Made by a program: the position numbers and the translations under genes
The notes under the pieces: generated by a model
What the model was told of the DNA's origin: nothing
The model's input: only the letters and a program-made list of their open reading frames with translations
Databases searched by the model: none
NCBI RefSeq assembly: GCF_006345805.1
Contig: NC_042997.1
Span: 209,250,001 to 209,314,000, forward strand
DNA: 64,000 nucleotides
Reading direction: 5' to 3'
DNA from: Octopus sinensis
Taxonomy: Eukaryota
Shown: piece after piece, positions 13,328 through 25,594 of the stretch
Numbering within the stretch: the stretch's first letter is position 1
Layout of the letters: each line of letters begins with the position of its first letter

Positions 13328-14215
13328 TGGGTCTACATGTGACATGTGTGCCCCCCACTGGTTCTGTTGCTGGGTCTACTTGTGACATGTGTGCCCCCCA
13401 CTGGTTCTGTTGCTGGGTCTACATGTGACATGTGTGCCCCCCACTGGTTCTGTTGCTGGGTCTACAATGTGTGTGTGCCCCCCCACTGGTTCTGTTGCTG
13501 GGTCTACATGTTACATGTGTGCCCCCCACTGGTTCTGTTGCTGGGTCTACTTGTGACATGTGTGCCCCCCACTGGTTCTGTTGCTGGGTCTCAGTGACAG
13601 TGTGCCCCCCACTGTTCTGATGTGGGTCTCATGTTACATGTGTGCCCCCCATGTTCTGTTGCTGGGTCTCACATGTTCATGTGTGCCCCCCACTGGTTCT
13701 GTTGCTGGTCTACTATGTGACATGTGTGCCCCCCACTGGTTCTGTTGCTGGTCTACATGTGACATGTTGCCCCCCTGGTTCTGTGTGCTGGGTCCCCCTG
13801 TGACTGTGTGCCCCCCGGGTCTGTTGCTGGTCTACATGTTACATGTGTGCCCCCCACTGGTTCTGTTGCTGGGTCTACTTGTGACATGTGTGCCCCCCAC
13901 TGGTTCTGTTGCTGGGTCTACATGTGACATGTGTGCCCCCCACTGGTTCTGTTGCTGGGTCTACATGTGACATGTGTGCCCCCCACTGGTTCTGTTGCTG
14001 GGTCTACATGTGACATGTGTGCCCCCCACTGGTTCTGTTGCTGGGTCTACATGTGACATGTGTGCCCCCCCACTGGTTCTGTTGCTGGGTCTACCTGTGA
14101 CATGTGTGCCCCCCACTGGTTCTGTTGCTGGGTCTACCTGTGACATGTGTGCCCCCCACTGGTTCTGTTGCTGGGTCTACCTGTGACATGTGTGCCCCCC
14201 GCTGGTTCTGTTGCT
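13328..14215. repeat. 43-bp minisatellite, about 20-21 copies
   Basis: Unit TGGGTCTACATGTGACATGTGTGCCCCCCACTGGTTCTGTTGC. Confidence 0.97.
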
Positions 14216-14879
14216 GCTGAAGGATATTCATGCTTCGAACATGAACTCTACACTTCAACAGCGAATGACTAGTACGGTTACTGTGTCCGCACTATCCAAC
14301 ACGTTTGCTGACCCAATGGGGCATTTGTCAAATGTGCAAGCTGGGCTTTTGGGTCGCAGGTAGAAGCATTACTTGGCATGCTGGAACGTTTTGACCGACC
14401 GTCGGATGTGGTCAGCATTTGTGAGGGACGTGGTGAAACCCGTTCCTCAGAGCTGGCTCAGCCTACCCTGACTGAATGGAGCTGCAGCTAAAAGTAAGAA
14501 CAACATTGCTGAAAGTGGAGCAAGTCAAGTTTCTTGTAATATAATCAACAACAAAAGACATTCAATAAGAAGTTTTGTTTGAGAGAGAAATGTGAATAGC
14601 GAAGAGTTTAAAATTTATCCTTGGCATATCTAACCCCGTTTAGAAATACCAAGCTTTCAGTTACTTTTGTAAAGCAATCATGCATAAAACCATTTTTCTT
14701 TTTAAAGCTGGGAAAAGACAAACCGACTCAGAAAGTACGTGAAAAGTGCATGTCGTCATCGGCAGCAGCCACAATGAAGAGGTCAAATAAAGAGCATCAA
14801 GCATCAAGCATTGGTGTTAGGTCAAGTAAATAATGTGCACAAGCAATAAACAGAGCGGAACGGAGAACAGTTGAATATT

Positions 14880-15365
14880 ATTCTTTTCTACTTTAGGCAC
14901 AAGGCCAGAAATTTTGGGAGAGTGGGCCAGTCAATTAGATCGACCCCAGTATGCAACTGGTACTTAATTTATTGACCCCGAAAGGATAAAAGGCAAAGTT
15001 GATCTTGGCAGAATTTGAACTCAGAACATAAAGACAGATGATAATACCAGTTTCTTTATTGCCCACAAGGGGCTAAACACAGAGAGGACAAACAAGGACA
15101 GACAAACGGATTAAGTTGATTACATCGACCCCAGTGCATAACTGGTACTTATTTAATCGACCCCAAAAGGATGAAAGGCAAAGTCGACCTCGGTGGAATT
15201 TGAACTCAGAATGTAACGGCAGTCGAAATACCGCTAAGCATTTCGCCCGGCATGCTACCGTTTCTGCCATCTCGCTGCCTTAAAAAAAATAATAATCTTT
15301 TCTGCTCTAGGCACAAGGCTTGAAATTTTGGGAGAGGGAGTGGGCCAGTCGATTAGATCAACCCC
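14880..15365 (-). mobile_element. SINE family B cluster with an internal duplicated module
   Basis: Repeated core GAGTTCAAATTC...GTCGACTTTGCCTTTCATCC. Confidence 0.8.
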
Positions 15366-16584
15366 GGTACGCAGCAAAAGGGAAAGCATTTACTTCAAGA
15401 AATGTGTAGAAACATAAAGATGATAAGAAGGCCGTTTGAATGACTAGCCTTCTGTTAGACCTTCAACGGCTGGAGAAAAGGTCAACTTATTCTCATTAAT
15501 CTTTTAATTGCTGAAACAAATCAGAAGACTTAAAATATATATTTTAAAATGCTGGTTTTTCTGCGACCAAAAATTCTTCAAGCTGGTACCCCAACATGGC
15601 TGCAGTCCAATGACTGAAACAAGTAAAAAGATTTTTAGAAAATATAAAAAACCAAGGGAGTTATTAAAAAATTTCAGAGATTTGGCTGTTATTTCTAGCA
15701 TGTGGAGATACCTTCTAGGCTTAACTTCATGCGGTGGTTGAGAATAATTTTTTTTAAATTCTGGGGTCGTTACATTCAACTGAAAATTCTTCAAGGTGGT
15801 GCCCCAACATAGCCACACTCTAATAATTACAACAAGTAAAAAGGTGGGGTGGGGGAATTATGGAGGTCCATACATTCAACTAAAAATTCTTCAAGGCGGT
15901 ACCCCAGCATGGCCTCAGTCTAATGACTGAAACAAGTAAAAGGTGAAAAAAACGAAAAAATAATAGGAAAATATAACCGTGGGCTTTTGTCCACTTTCAC
16001 CAAGGGCCTTTTGTCCATGGGGATTTTTGTCCTAGGGGGCTTTTGTCCTAGGGGACTTTTGTCCTAGGGGCTTTTGTCCTACACTCGTACATTTGTATAT
16101 GGATATTTTTCCCTGCTGTGGACCACCACAGATTTCCTTGGATTCTGTATTTTACTAAACACACACACACACACCTTTATGAACCTACAACAGTCGTATC
16201 CCAGTCTTTTCGCTATCAATTTGAACTTCGCTCAGTGATATTTACAAGTGATTAATGCCAAATAGTTACTCTAAAAATCAGTTTTGGTATCAATGGGACA
16301 GTTTTATTCATCCGATTCCCATAGCTGTGTCAACAACTTCACAGTCGTATGAATATCATTAACACAGTTTGGTGGTGACATCATTAAAATGCAATGAATC
16401 GATTTTTAAATTTGGTGCCATTTGTTAACTCGTCACTGACATTGTATAAAGACACACAAACAAATATTTATATATCTATTTCTACACACACATGCATAAT
16501 ATATTTATTTATTTATACACACACACATACACATTTATTTTTACACTCATATATATTTACACACACACACACACACTTATATAT

Positions 16585-16980
16585 TTCTTTATTGCCCACA
16601 AGGGGCTAAACACAGATAGGACAAACAAGGACAGACAAACGGATTAAGTTGATTACATCGACCCCAGTGCGTAACTGGTACTTAATTTATCGACTCTGAA
16701 AAGATGAAAGGCAAAGTCGACCTCAGCGGAATTTGAACTCAGAATATAGTGGCAGATGAAATACCTATTTCTTTACTACCCACAAGGGGCTAAGCACAGA
16801 TAGGACAAACAAGGACAGACAAAAGGATTAAGTTGATTATATCGACCCCAGTGCGTAACTGGTACTTATTTAATTGACCCTGAAAGGATGAAAAGCAAAG
16901 TCGACCTCGGCGGAATTTGAACTCAGAACATAGCGGCAGACGAAATAGCACTAAACATTCCGATCCTGCCAGCTCGCCAC
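16585..16980 (-). mobile_element. SINE family B with a tandem internal duplication (2 modules)
   Basis: Two ~170-bp direct copies followed by the head ...GGCGAGCTGGCAG on the minus strand. Confidence 0.85.
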
Positions 16981-17509
16981 CCCTTTATAACTCGAATAAT
17001 AACATTAACAATGTTCTAGTTTTTTAATTTGCTGTCGAAAATTCCATCATCACATTATGGTAAAATAGTCTTTTTATTCAGATAATATTTGTAAAAATCT
17101 TCTGAGATAATTTGCCTTAAAAATGGAAAAAGCTGCCCGATTCATTAACTGTAGTTATGAAATCTTATTAATGGGATGAAAACGATTTCAACAGGTACGT
17201 ACATTTGGAGTGAACCAATATTTAAAGAAAGCACTGAGTGGAAATAATTATTCTCACAGTAACATTTGGCAACAAGGCAGAAATGTTTAACAAACCGTTC
17301 AATAAACAATTCCCGAAGGCCCCATGATTTTCTGCTTCCGATGGACCAGGCAGATTAAATTAAAAAAGACCTGTCGCGGGTTTATAACTTGTTAATGTTG
17401 TCTGGTGTGAGGGGATAATTTGTTGAGTTGCAAAATAAGAATATATTTCTCGGACCGCATGAAGAAGTAATTGACAACACCCACGAGAAGCTGCTTTTTA
17501 TAGGATACA

Positions 17510-18020
17510 TCATCATCATCATCATCGTTTAACGTCTGCATTCCATGCTGGCATGGGTTGGGCGATTTGACTGAGGACTGGCGAACCAGATGGCTGCACC
17601 AGGCTCCAATCTTGATCTGGCAGAGTTTCTACAGCTGGATGCCCTTCCTAATGCCAACCACTCCGAGAGTGTAGTGGGTGCTTTTTACGTGGCACCGGCA
17701 CAGGGGCCAGTCAGGCAGTACTGGCAATGACCTCGCTCAAATCTTTTTACACATACCACCAGCACAGGTGCCAGTAAGGCGACGCTGGTAACAATCATGC
17801 TTGAATGGTGTCTTTTAAGTGCCACTGACACGGAGGCCAGATAGCCGCTCTGGTAATGATCACACTCTGATGGTGCTCTTAGCACCCAATTAGCACGGGG
17901 CACAGGTGCCAGAAAGGTGAAGCTGGTAACGATCACGCTCGAATGGTGCCTTTTAAGAGCCACTGGCACGGAAGCCAGTTAGCCGCTGGTGCTCTGAGCA
18001 CGCTACTAGCACGGGGCCTG
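17510..18020 (-). mobile_element. RTE LINE 3' UTR fragment with several internal subrepeats
   Basis: (CAT)n tail plus conserved 3' block plus GGTGC-containing subrepeats. Confidence 0.8.
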
Positions 18021-18363
18021 GAAAATTGAATCATGCAACGGCTTCACATTGATTATCTGCTTAATGGACTGATCACATAAAACTATTGCGGTTTGCTTGT
18101 GGTGTCTGACCAGTAATCTTGCAGTTCAGTTTCGAATCCCCGTTACAGACGTTTCTTTGCTCCAAGAGAGTCAGAATCATAAACAAGCAATGGCTTTAGT
18201 TTAAAGTCTCCGTCGGCATTTGTTCCTAACCACAATGAGTGACGATCTTTGAATTTTATTACAACCTGATGCCTTGCTTTCCTCTTTCGAAACAAAAATT
18301 TTACTGCTCACAGGACAGCTCGCTGTGCTAGCCTTGGATCGTTGAGTGATCTGCCGTTCTTGA

Positions 18364-18695
18364 GGAGACCTATTGAGTCAAGTACGTCAACATCAAAGTA
18401 AAAATCAAATGGCAATTGTAGTTAAGACACCCGTGCTGGTGACACGTAAAAGCACCAACCAATTGTGGCCATTTGCCAGCCAGCTCTGGCCCCTGTGCCG
18501 GTGGCACGTAAAAAAACACCCACTACACTCACAGAGTGGTTGGCGTTAGAAGGGCATCAAGCTGTAGAAACACTGCCAGATCAGACCGGAGCCTGGTGCA
18601 GCCTCCATGGCTTACTAGACCCCGGTCGAACCGTCCAACCCATGCCAGCATGGAAAACGGACGTTAAACAATGATGATGATGATGATGATGATGA
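18364..18695 (+). mobile_element. RTE LINE 3' UTR fragment
   Basis: Conserved 3' block and (GAT)n tail. Confidence 0.8.
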
Positions 18696-18879
18696 ACTGC
18701 TTCTCAAATGGTCCACATTTGTTTACCTTAAAATATAGCCTTTTGCTACCAAGCCTTTCCGTTATCACACCCGTCTTCAATTGTATTGGACATTTTCATG
18801 CAGCCTTGATGTTGATTCTTGTTTGTTCCTCTGATATCCGAAGGCTGTGGAAATTAGGGGGTTTCTTTTTTTCCTTTCT

Positions 18880-19225
18880 ATTTGTTTCAGTCATTTGACT
18901 GAGGCCATGCTGGAGCACCACCTTAAGTCGAGCAAATCGACCCCAGGACTTATTCTTTGTAAGCCTAGTACTTATTCTATTGGTCTCTCTCGCCGAACCG
19001 CTAAGTGACAGGGGTGTAAACACACCAGCATCAGTTGTCAAGCGATGTTAGGGGAGACAAACACACACACACACAAATATATATACGATGGGCTTCTTTC
19101 GGTTTCCGTCTACCAAATCCACTCACAAAGCTTTGGTCGGCCCAAGGCTATGGTAGAAGACACCTGCCCAAGGTGCCACGCAGTGGGACTGAACCCGGAA
19201 CCATGTGGCTGGGAAGCAAACTTCT
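18880..19225 (-). mobile_element. SINE family A
   Basis: Reverse-complement match to the other family A copies. Confidence 0.85.
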
Positions 19226-19806
19226 TACTTTAAAAGTGATCTGTGATTTTGTGCGGAAACTTTTGCTTTTTCCAAATCACTCATTACACTTTTCACAGTT
19301 GACAAAGCATGACTTCGTTATTCTTCCTCCTCTTCTCCTTCTTCTTCCTCCTCCCCTTCTCCTTCTTCTTCCTCCACCTCTTCTCCTTCTTCCTCCTCCC
19401 TCTCCTCCCTTTTATCAGCTTTTAGATTACTATCAAACGAGATTGGGTTACATGTATGTAGTATGGCTGAACAACAACAGTCGTGAATAATTATTTTATT
19501 AATTACTGTACTTTAAGAATAATTATTGCAAACTAAGAAATTAAAAAACACAATTGGGATTCCTTTTATTCTTTTATTTGTTTCAGTCAGTTGACCGCGG
19601 CCATGCTGGAGCACCATCTTTAGTCGAATGAATCGACCCCCCCCACCCGGTCTTATTCTTTGTAAGCCTAGTATTCATCCTATCGGTCTCTTTTGGCAAA
19701 CCACTAAGTTACGGGGATGTAAACACACCAGTATTGGTTGTCAAGCGATGTTGGGGGAACAAACATATACATACACACACACACACACACACAAACATAT
19801 ACATAC

Positions 19807-19842
<36 letters not shown>

Positions 19843-19843
<1 letters not shown>

Positions 19844-19896
19844 CGAGAAAGAAGCAACAAGAATGGATTAATCCATTCTTGTTGCTTCTTTCTCGT
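19843..19896. repeat. Perfect 54-bp palindrome
   Basis: ACGAGAAAGAAGCAACAAGAATGGATT|AATCCATTCTTGTTGCTTCTTTCTCGT. Confidence 0.97.
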
Positions 19897-20569
19897 TTAT
19901 AATCACCCCACATTACTGTATGGTTAACACCATATAGTTTTCTGGTGCATCTAAGTTACGTACCACATTCAAGTAAATTCATTGGAATTTACTTGAATCT
20001 TAATTGCTTATATATATATATATATATATATTACAGAGATGTACTTGCATAGCAAGTGACTTGATCTGAGATCGTGTGCTGGAACGAAAACAATTGCAGA
20101 GTGGAAGGTGTTTGTAAGCCATTTAAGAAACACACAAAAACCGTTCGATTCACTTCAACATTTAAGTTTAATTTGTCAAAATATTTTCATCGCTTTCAGA
20201 CCACGACCTGTTCACTGACAAAGCTTCATGCTGCATATATATATATATATGTGTATTTGTGTGTCTGTGCTCATCCCCCCCCCCCACCATCACTTGACAA
20301 CTGATGTTGGTGTGTTTACATCCTCCATAACTGGGCGGTTTGGTAAAAGAGACCAATAGAATAAGCTCTGGGGTTGATTTGTTTGACTGAAGGTGATGCT
20401 CCAGCATGGCCGCAGTCAAATGACTGAAACAAGTAAGATCAAAGAAAGAGTAAAAGAAAGGATAGACACACACACACATCGGCTGACTGGTCCAGTGCTG
20501 GTGGCACTTAAAAAGCACCATTCAAGCAGGGTCGTTGCCTGTGCCACCTGACTGGCTTCCCATGTTATG

Positions 20570-21070
20570 GCATGTAAAAACACCATTCATGTGTGACTGA
20601 TACCAGTGCCACCTGACTGGCTCCTGTGCCGGTGACACGTAAAAGCACCCACTACACCCTTGGAGTGATTGGCTTTAGGAAGGGTATCCAGCTGTAGAAA
20701 CCTTGCCAGATCAGATTGGAGCCTGGTGCAGCCATCTGGTTTGCCAGTCCTCAGTCAAATCGTCCAACCCATGCCAGCATGGAAGGCAGACATTAAACAA
20801 CAACAATGATGATGTTGATATCATCATCATCATCATCATCGTTTAACATCCGCTTTCCATGCTGGCATGGGTTGGACGATTTGACTGAAGACTGGCGAAT
20901 CAGATGGCTGCACCAGGCTCCAATCTGATCTGGCAAGGTTTCTACAGCTGGATACCCTTCTTAATGCCAATCACTCCAAGGGTGTAGTGGGTGCTTTTAC
21001 ATGTCACCGGCACAGGAGCCAGTCAGGTGGCACTGGTATCAGTCACACATGAATGGTGTTTTTTACATGC
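20570..21070. repeat. ~500-bp palindrome formed by tail-to-tail RTE 3' fragments
   Basis: Arms about 95% identical by eye, centred on GATATC at 20817-20822. Confidence 0.9.
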
Positions 21071-21211
21071 CGACTGCACAAGAGCCAGTCCAGCGACACT
21101 GGTAGCAATCACACTCAAATGGTACTTTTTATGTGCCACCAGCTTGGATGGTGCTCTTAGTGCTCCACTAGCACAGGTGCCAGTCATTGAATTTGATTCG
21201 ATTTCAATTTG

Positions 21212-21270
<59 letters not shown>

Positions 21271-21271
21271 A

Positions 21272-21311
<40 letters not shown>

Positions 21312-21333
21312 TATATAATATATATATACATAC

Positions 21334-21412
<79 letters not shown>

Positions 21413-21540
21413 ACGGGAAACTTTATGAAATAGACAATAGACGAAGGCAGGTTTACGGAAATAAACAAAAGACAAAGGCAGGTGGAATACAAACAAACAA
21501 TTGTATTAGTATGACGCTCAGGAAATATAAATAAAACAAG

Positions 21541-21578
21541 TCTTTAACGTTTCGAGCCTACGCTCTTCAACAGAAAGA
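21541..21578 (-). ncRNA. Minimal type I hammerhead-like motif (core variant CUGUUGA)
   Basis: UCUUU CUGUUGA A GAGC GUAG GCUC GAAA CGU U AAAGA: perfect stem I, perfect stem II, palindromic ACGU stem III. Confidence 0.6.
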
Positions 21579-21632
21579 TACACAGAGAAAAAAAACACAG
21601 AAAGAAGGAGAGAAAAAAATATGCGTGCAGAT

Positions 21633-21928
21633 GAGGCACAATGTCCCAGTGGTTAGGGCAGCGGACTCGCGGTCGGAGGATCGCGGTTTCGATTCCCAGA
21701 CCGGGCATTGTGGGTGTTTATTGAGCAAAAACACCTAAAAGCTCCACGAGGCTCTGGCAGGGGGTGGTGGTCCCTGCTGTACACTTTCACCACTTTTTCT
21801 CTCACTCTTTCTTCTGTTGGCCTGCTCGCTTAGGTGGCGTCGTTCGAAGGCTAAAACAATGCGAACGCATTGTGACCAGCGATGTGTAGCAACATCTGAT
21901 GATCTGGTTGGTCACAAAAAAAAAAAAA
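21633..21928 (+). mobile_element. tRNA-derived SINE family C with poly(A), inserted into a hammerhead-bearing repeat
   Basis: tRNA-like head CAGTGGTTAGGGCAGCGGACTC...GGTTTCGATTCCC; the uninterrupted host paralogue is at 57232-57432. Confidence 0.8.
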
Positions 21929-22352
21929 TATTTATATATATATATATATATATAATATATATATATATTATATATATATATATATACAGAGAGAGAGAGA
22001 GAGAGAGATACACACACTTGTTGCACAGATAATTGTGTCAGTATATAAATATTCATTTACCTCATTATACAGAGACACTAATTATGTAAATATTAATTTA
22101 ACACACACCAGCACTAATATATAGCTAAATGGAAAATACAAGATAGCAGGAAAGCTAATCACATGTTAACGCATGCACCATGCTGTTATCTGAGTGTGTG
22201 TTTGTGTGTGTGAGGGAGGGAGAAAGAGAGAGACAGACAGACAGAAAGGGAGGGAGACAGGGAGACAGAGAGACAGGGAGACAGGGAGACAGCCAAAAGA
22301 ATAACCAGAGAGAGTTGTATGTATGTGTGTATGTGTGTATGTATGTATTGTG

Positions 22353-22388
<36 letters not shown>

Positions 22389-22444
22389 CTAACTTGGAAA
22401 TGGATGGGTGGCGTTGAATTAAACAATAATTATGAGTAACATAT

Positions 22445-22508
<64 letters not shown>

Positions 22509-22961
22509 TGCATATACAGGTCCAGATGCAGGTGGAGCTATTAGTCCTGGCTGCCCTTTTGCCATCTGTCCAGTGGTCCTCTCTGCTCCAGCTGTTACCT
22601 TCCCTTAACTGTTAGGTCAATCAGTCAGCTAAGTTTTAGTCAAAGTCCTTTTGTTCTTGTCTATTGACCTCATCAATGAAATGTCCTCTCTACACCAGGT
22701 CAGCTTCAGGTCTCTCTATCTATCTTTTTTAATAAGCCTTATTGATTGACTGATTAACCTAATGAACAATTGGTTCAATAATCAGTTAACCAATTCTCAA
22801 ATAAATAATAAAGAAGTGAAATAGAACCAGTGCAGGTATTTGTTATTGGCATGATGACCCTCCTAAGATACAATAAAATTAATAGATTACTTGTGTATAA
22901 ATCAATACTGATGCAAAGTAATGCAGAATTTGCAGACAAATATCAAGCTGACAGTGCAGGT

Positions 22962-23710
22962 GTGGCTGTGGTAAGAAACTTGCTTCCCAACCACATGGTT
23001 CCAGGTTCAATCACACTGCATGGCACCTTGTACAAGTGTCTTCTACTACAACTTTAGGCTGACCAAATCCTTGTGAATGGATTTGGCAGATGGAAACTGA
23101 AAAAAGCCCATCGTATATATATATACATACAAACATACATACATACATACATATAATACAAATAAGAAAATGGAGAAACAAATTTGGTTTGTTCATCAAC
23201 TTACAGATATTAGAATGTTGGATTATTTATTCATTTTACAAATGAGAACATCAAAAGCATACAAAATATTATATAAATCAATAGATAAGATAATAATACA
23301 AACACAGATTTTAAAAGTCATATTATAAATTAATGAAATCCTAAAAATTACTTCTTACAGCTGTTTCAGCCTATGGTCAAAGGTGAATCTAATTTCCATT
23401 GCCTATAGATGTCAACATACTGAGGTTGTGGGTTACACCCATAACCCGTATCTTACTTTGTACTATATACACACACATATATATGTGTGTGTGTGTATGT
23501 GTATGTATATGTGTGTCTGTGTTTGTCCCCTTACCATCGCTTGACAACTGGTGTTGTTGTGTTTACATCCCTATAACTTAGCAGTTTGGCAAAAGAAACC
23601 GAGAGAATAAATACTAGGCTTATAAAAAGTACTATGGTTCATTCGTTCAACTAAAACCTGTCCAAGGTGGTAATGCCCCAGCATGGTCACAGTCTAACGA
23701 CTAAAGCAAG
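22962..23710 (+). mobile_element. SINE family A split by a ~340-bp AT-rich insert in its central microsatellite
   Basis: Head at 22962-23120, 3' half at about 23495-23710. Confidence 0.75.
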
Positions 23711-25423
23711 TTTGCTTATGGGAACATTCTCATAAGAATACCCAACCATGTCAGGACATAATAAACATATCAAGAAGCTTGCTTACCAACCACATGGTTC
23801 TGGGTTCAGTCCCACTGTGTGGCACCTTGGGCAAGTTTCTTCTACTATAGCCTTGGGATGACCAAAGCCTTGTGAGTGGATTTGGTAGACGGAAACTGAA
23901 AGAAGCCCATCATATGTATGTATATGTAACATGGTATAATTAGAAACAGGGCAAATTTTAGCCATTTCTCCGCAGACTGAGGAAAATGACGAACAACCTT
24001 AATCGATTTTCGAACCATTTTGGGTTTCTCGTCAGAGGCATCTTCATCATTCTGACAGCCTCCAGAGAAGCCAGCAGCCAAACTGTTTCCATACTCAACA
24101 GTGAAATTGGAATACATCATGAGTGAGAGAACTATTAAGATCCACCTTCTCAGGCAGCCACTGAAGAGCTTTGGTCAGCACTTGAAAGAGAAGAAGAAGA
24201 AGAAGAAAAGACCTGTCGTACACCTGTGCAGCATCCTTCTTAAGAGGTTCACGACTTTGAGGAGGAGTGGTTAAGATAGGAGACAATGGAAGGAGAAAAT
24301 CAAGCAGAGAGGGACCTTGTAATTGGAGATGCAAGGTTACAAAATAGGGACCAACTCAGGGACCAACTCACTGGGTTCCGGTGCTAAGACAGACAAAAAC
24401 AGCACTGATGATTCCAAGGACAAAGACCTTGACCATTGCAAATCTTTGTTGAATCCACCTGAATCAACTCTGAAAGGCAGGGAAAATTCAGTACCAGCAG
24501 CAAGTATGGGGGTCCCTTATAAGGCATACAATTACTGTCCAAGGACTCTGTATGCTCTGAAGAATATGTGTGTGCATATGTATGTGTGTGTTTGGTAGAA
24601 CAAAGAGAAGAAATATAACTTAATGCATGAGTCATCATCATCATCATTATCATCGTTTAACGTCGGTTTTCCATGCTGGCATGGGTTGGATAGTTTGACT
24701 GAGGACTGGTGAACCAGATGGCTGCACCAGGCTCCAATCTGATCTGGCAAAGTTTCTACAGTGGGATGCCCTTCCTAACGCCAACCAATCCGAGATTGTA
24801 GTGGGTGCTTTTACATGCCACCAACACAAGGGTCAGTCAGGCAGTTCTGGCAATGACCTCGCTCAAATGGTGTTTTTATGTGCCACCTGCACGGGAGCCA
24901 CTCTGGTGGCACTGGCAATGACCATGCTCAAATGTTGCTTTACATATGCCACCAGCACATGTGCCAGTAAAGCAATGCTGGCAACCATATATATATATAT
25001 ATATATATAAAATTAACAAAATGAGGTAAAAATCGAAGGCTGTGCCGCCAATGGCTTAACTGGTCAAAGCTTCGAAGTCACTGTCAACAATGTTCTTGTT
25101 TAAGAATCATAAATTTGTTCTCTACAAAATTAAGGACCGACTATTGTTTTTATTGCAACTAAACCAAACAATAACACACACACACACACACACACAACAG
25201 AAAATTACAAGAGAGACCGAGTTTCACAAGTGCCATGAGTGAATGTCTTGGCTCTTAAGACACTTTTCTAACTTCCTGTAGATTAAGAATTTAAAAACAA
25301 ACCAAGTTGTATTCATATTTAAGAAGTGCTTTGAAACAGAAATTTTTTACTTAAAAATTATCTAAAACAATCTTTAAGAACTCCAATTAGCACAAACCAG
25401 ATGGAAGATATGAAGGAGATATA

Positions 25424-25466
<43 letters not shown>

Positions 25467-25563
25467 GTTCTTTCACAGTCTTTAGTTTTTCAAAGACATG
25501 GTATAAACCAAATTTTTCTATATTGCTAGCTGTCAGATAGTTTTTGGTCTTCTCTAGCATTTG

Positions 25564-25594
<31 letters not shown>

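Noticed and set aside
14270-14460. Plus-frame peptide LLGRR*KHYLACWNVLTDRR resembling a DIRS RT N-terminus
   Set aside because: Similarity is marginal, stops are present, and no RT motifs follow.
21633-21715. tRNA gene
   Set aside because: The tRNA-like head continues into a SINE body and poly(A), with no complete cloverleaf.
23355-23420. GAAACAGCTGTA palindromic stem III-like motif on the minus strand (similar at about 52130)
   Set aside because: No recognisable CUGANGA core upstream.
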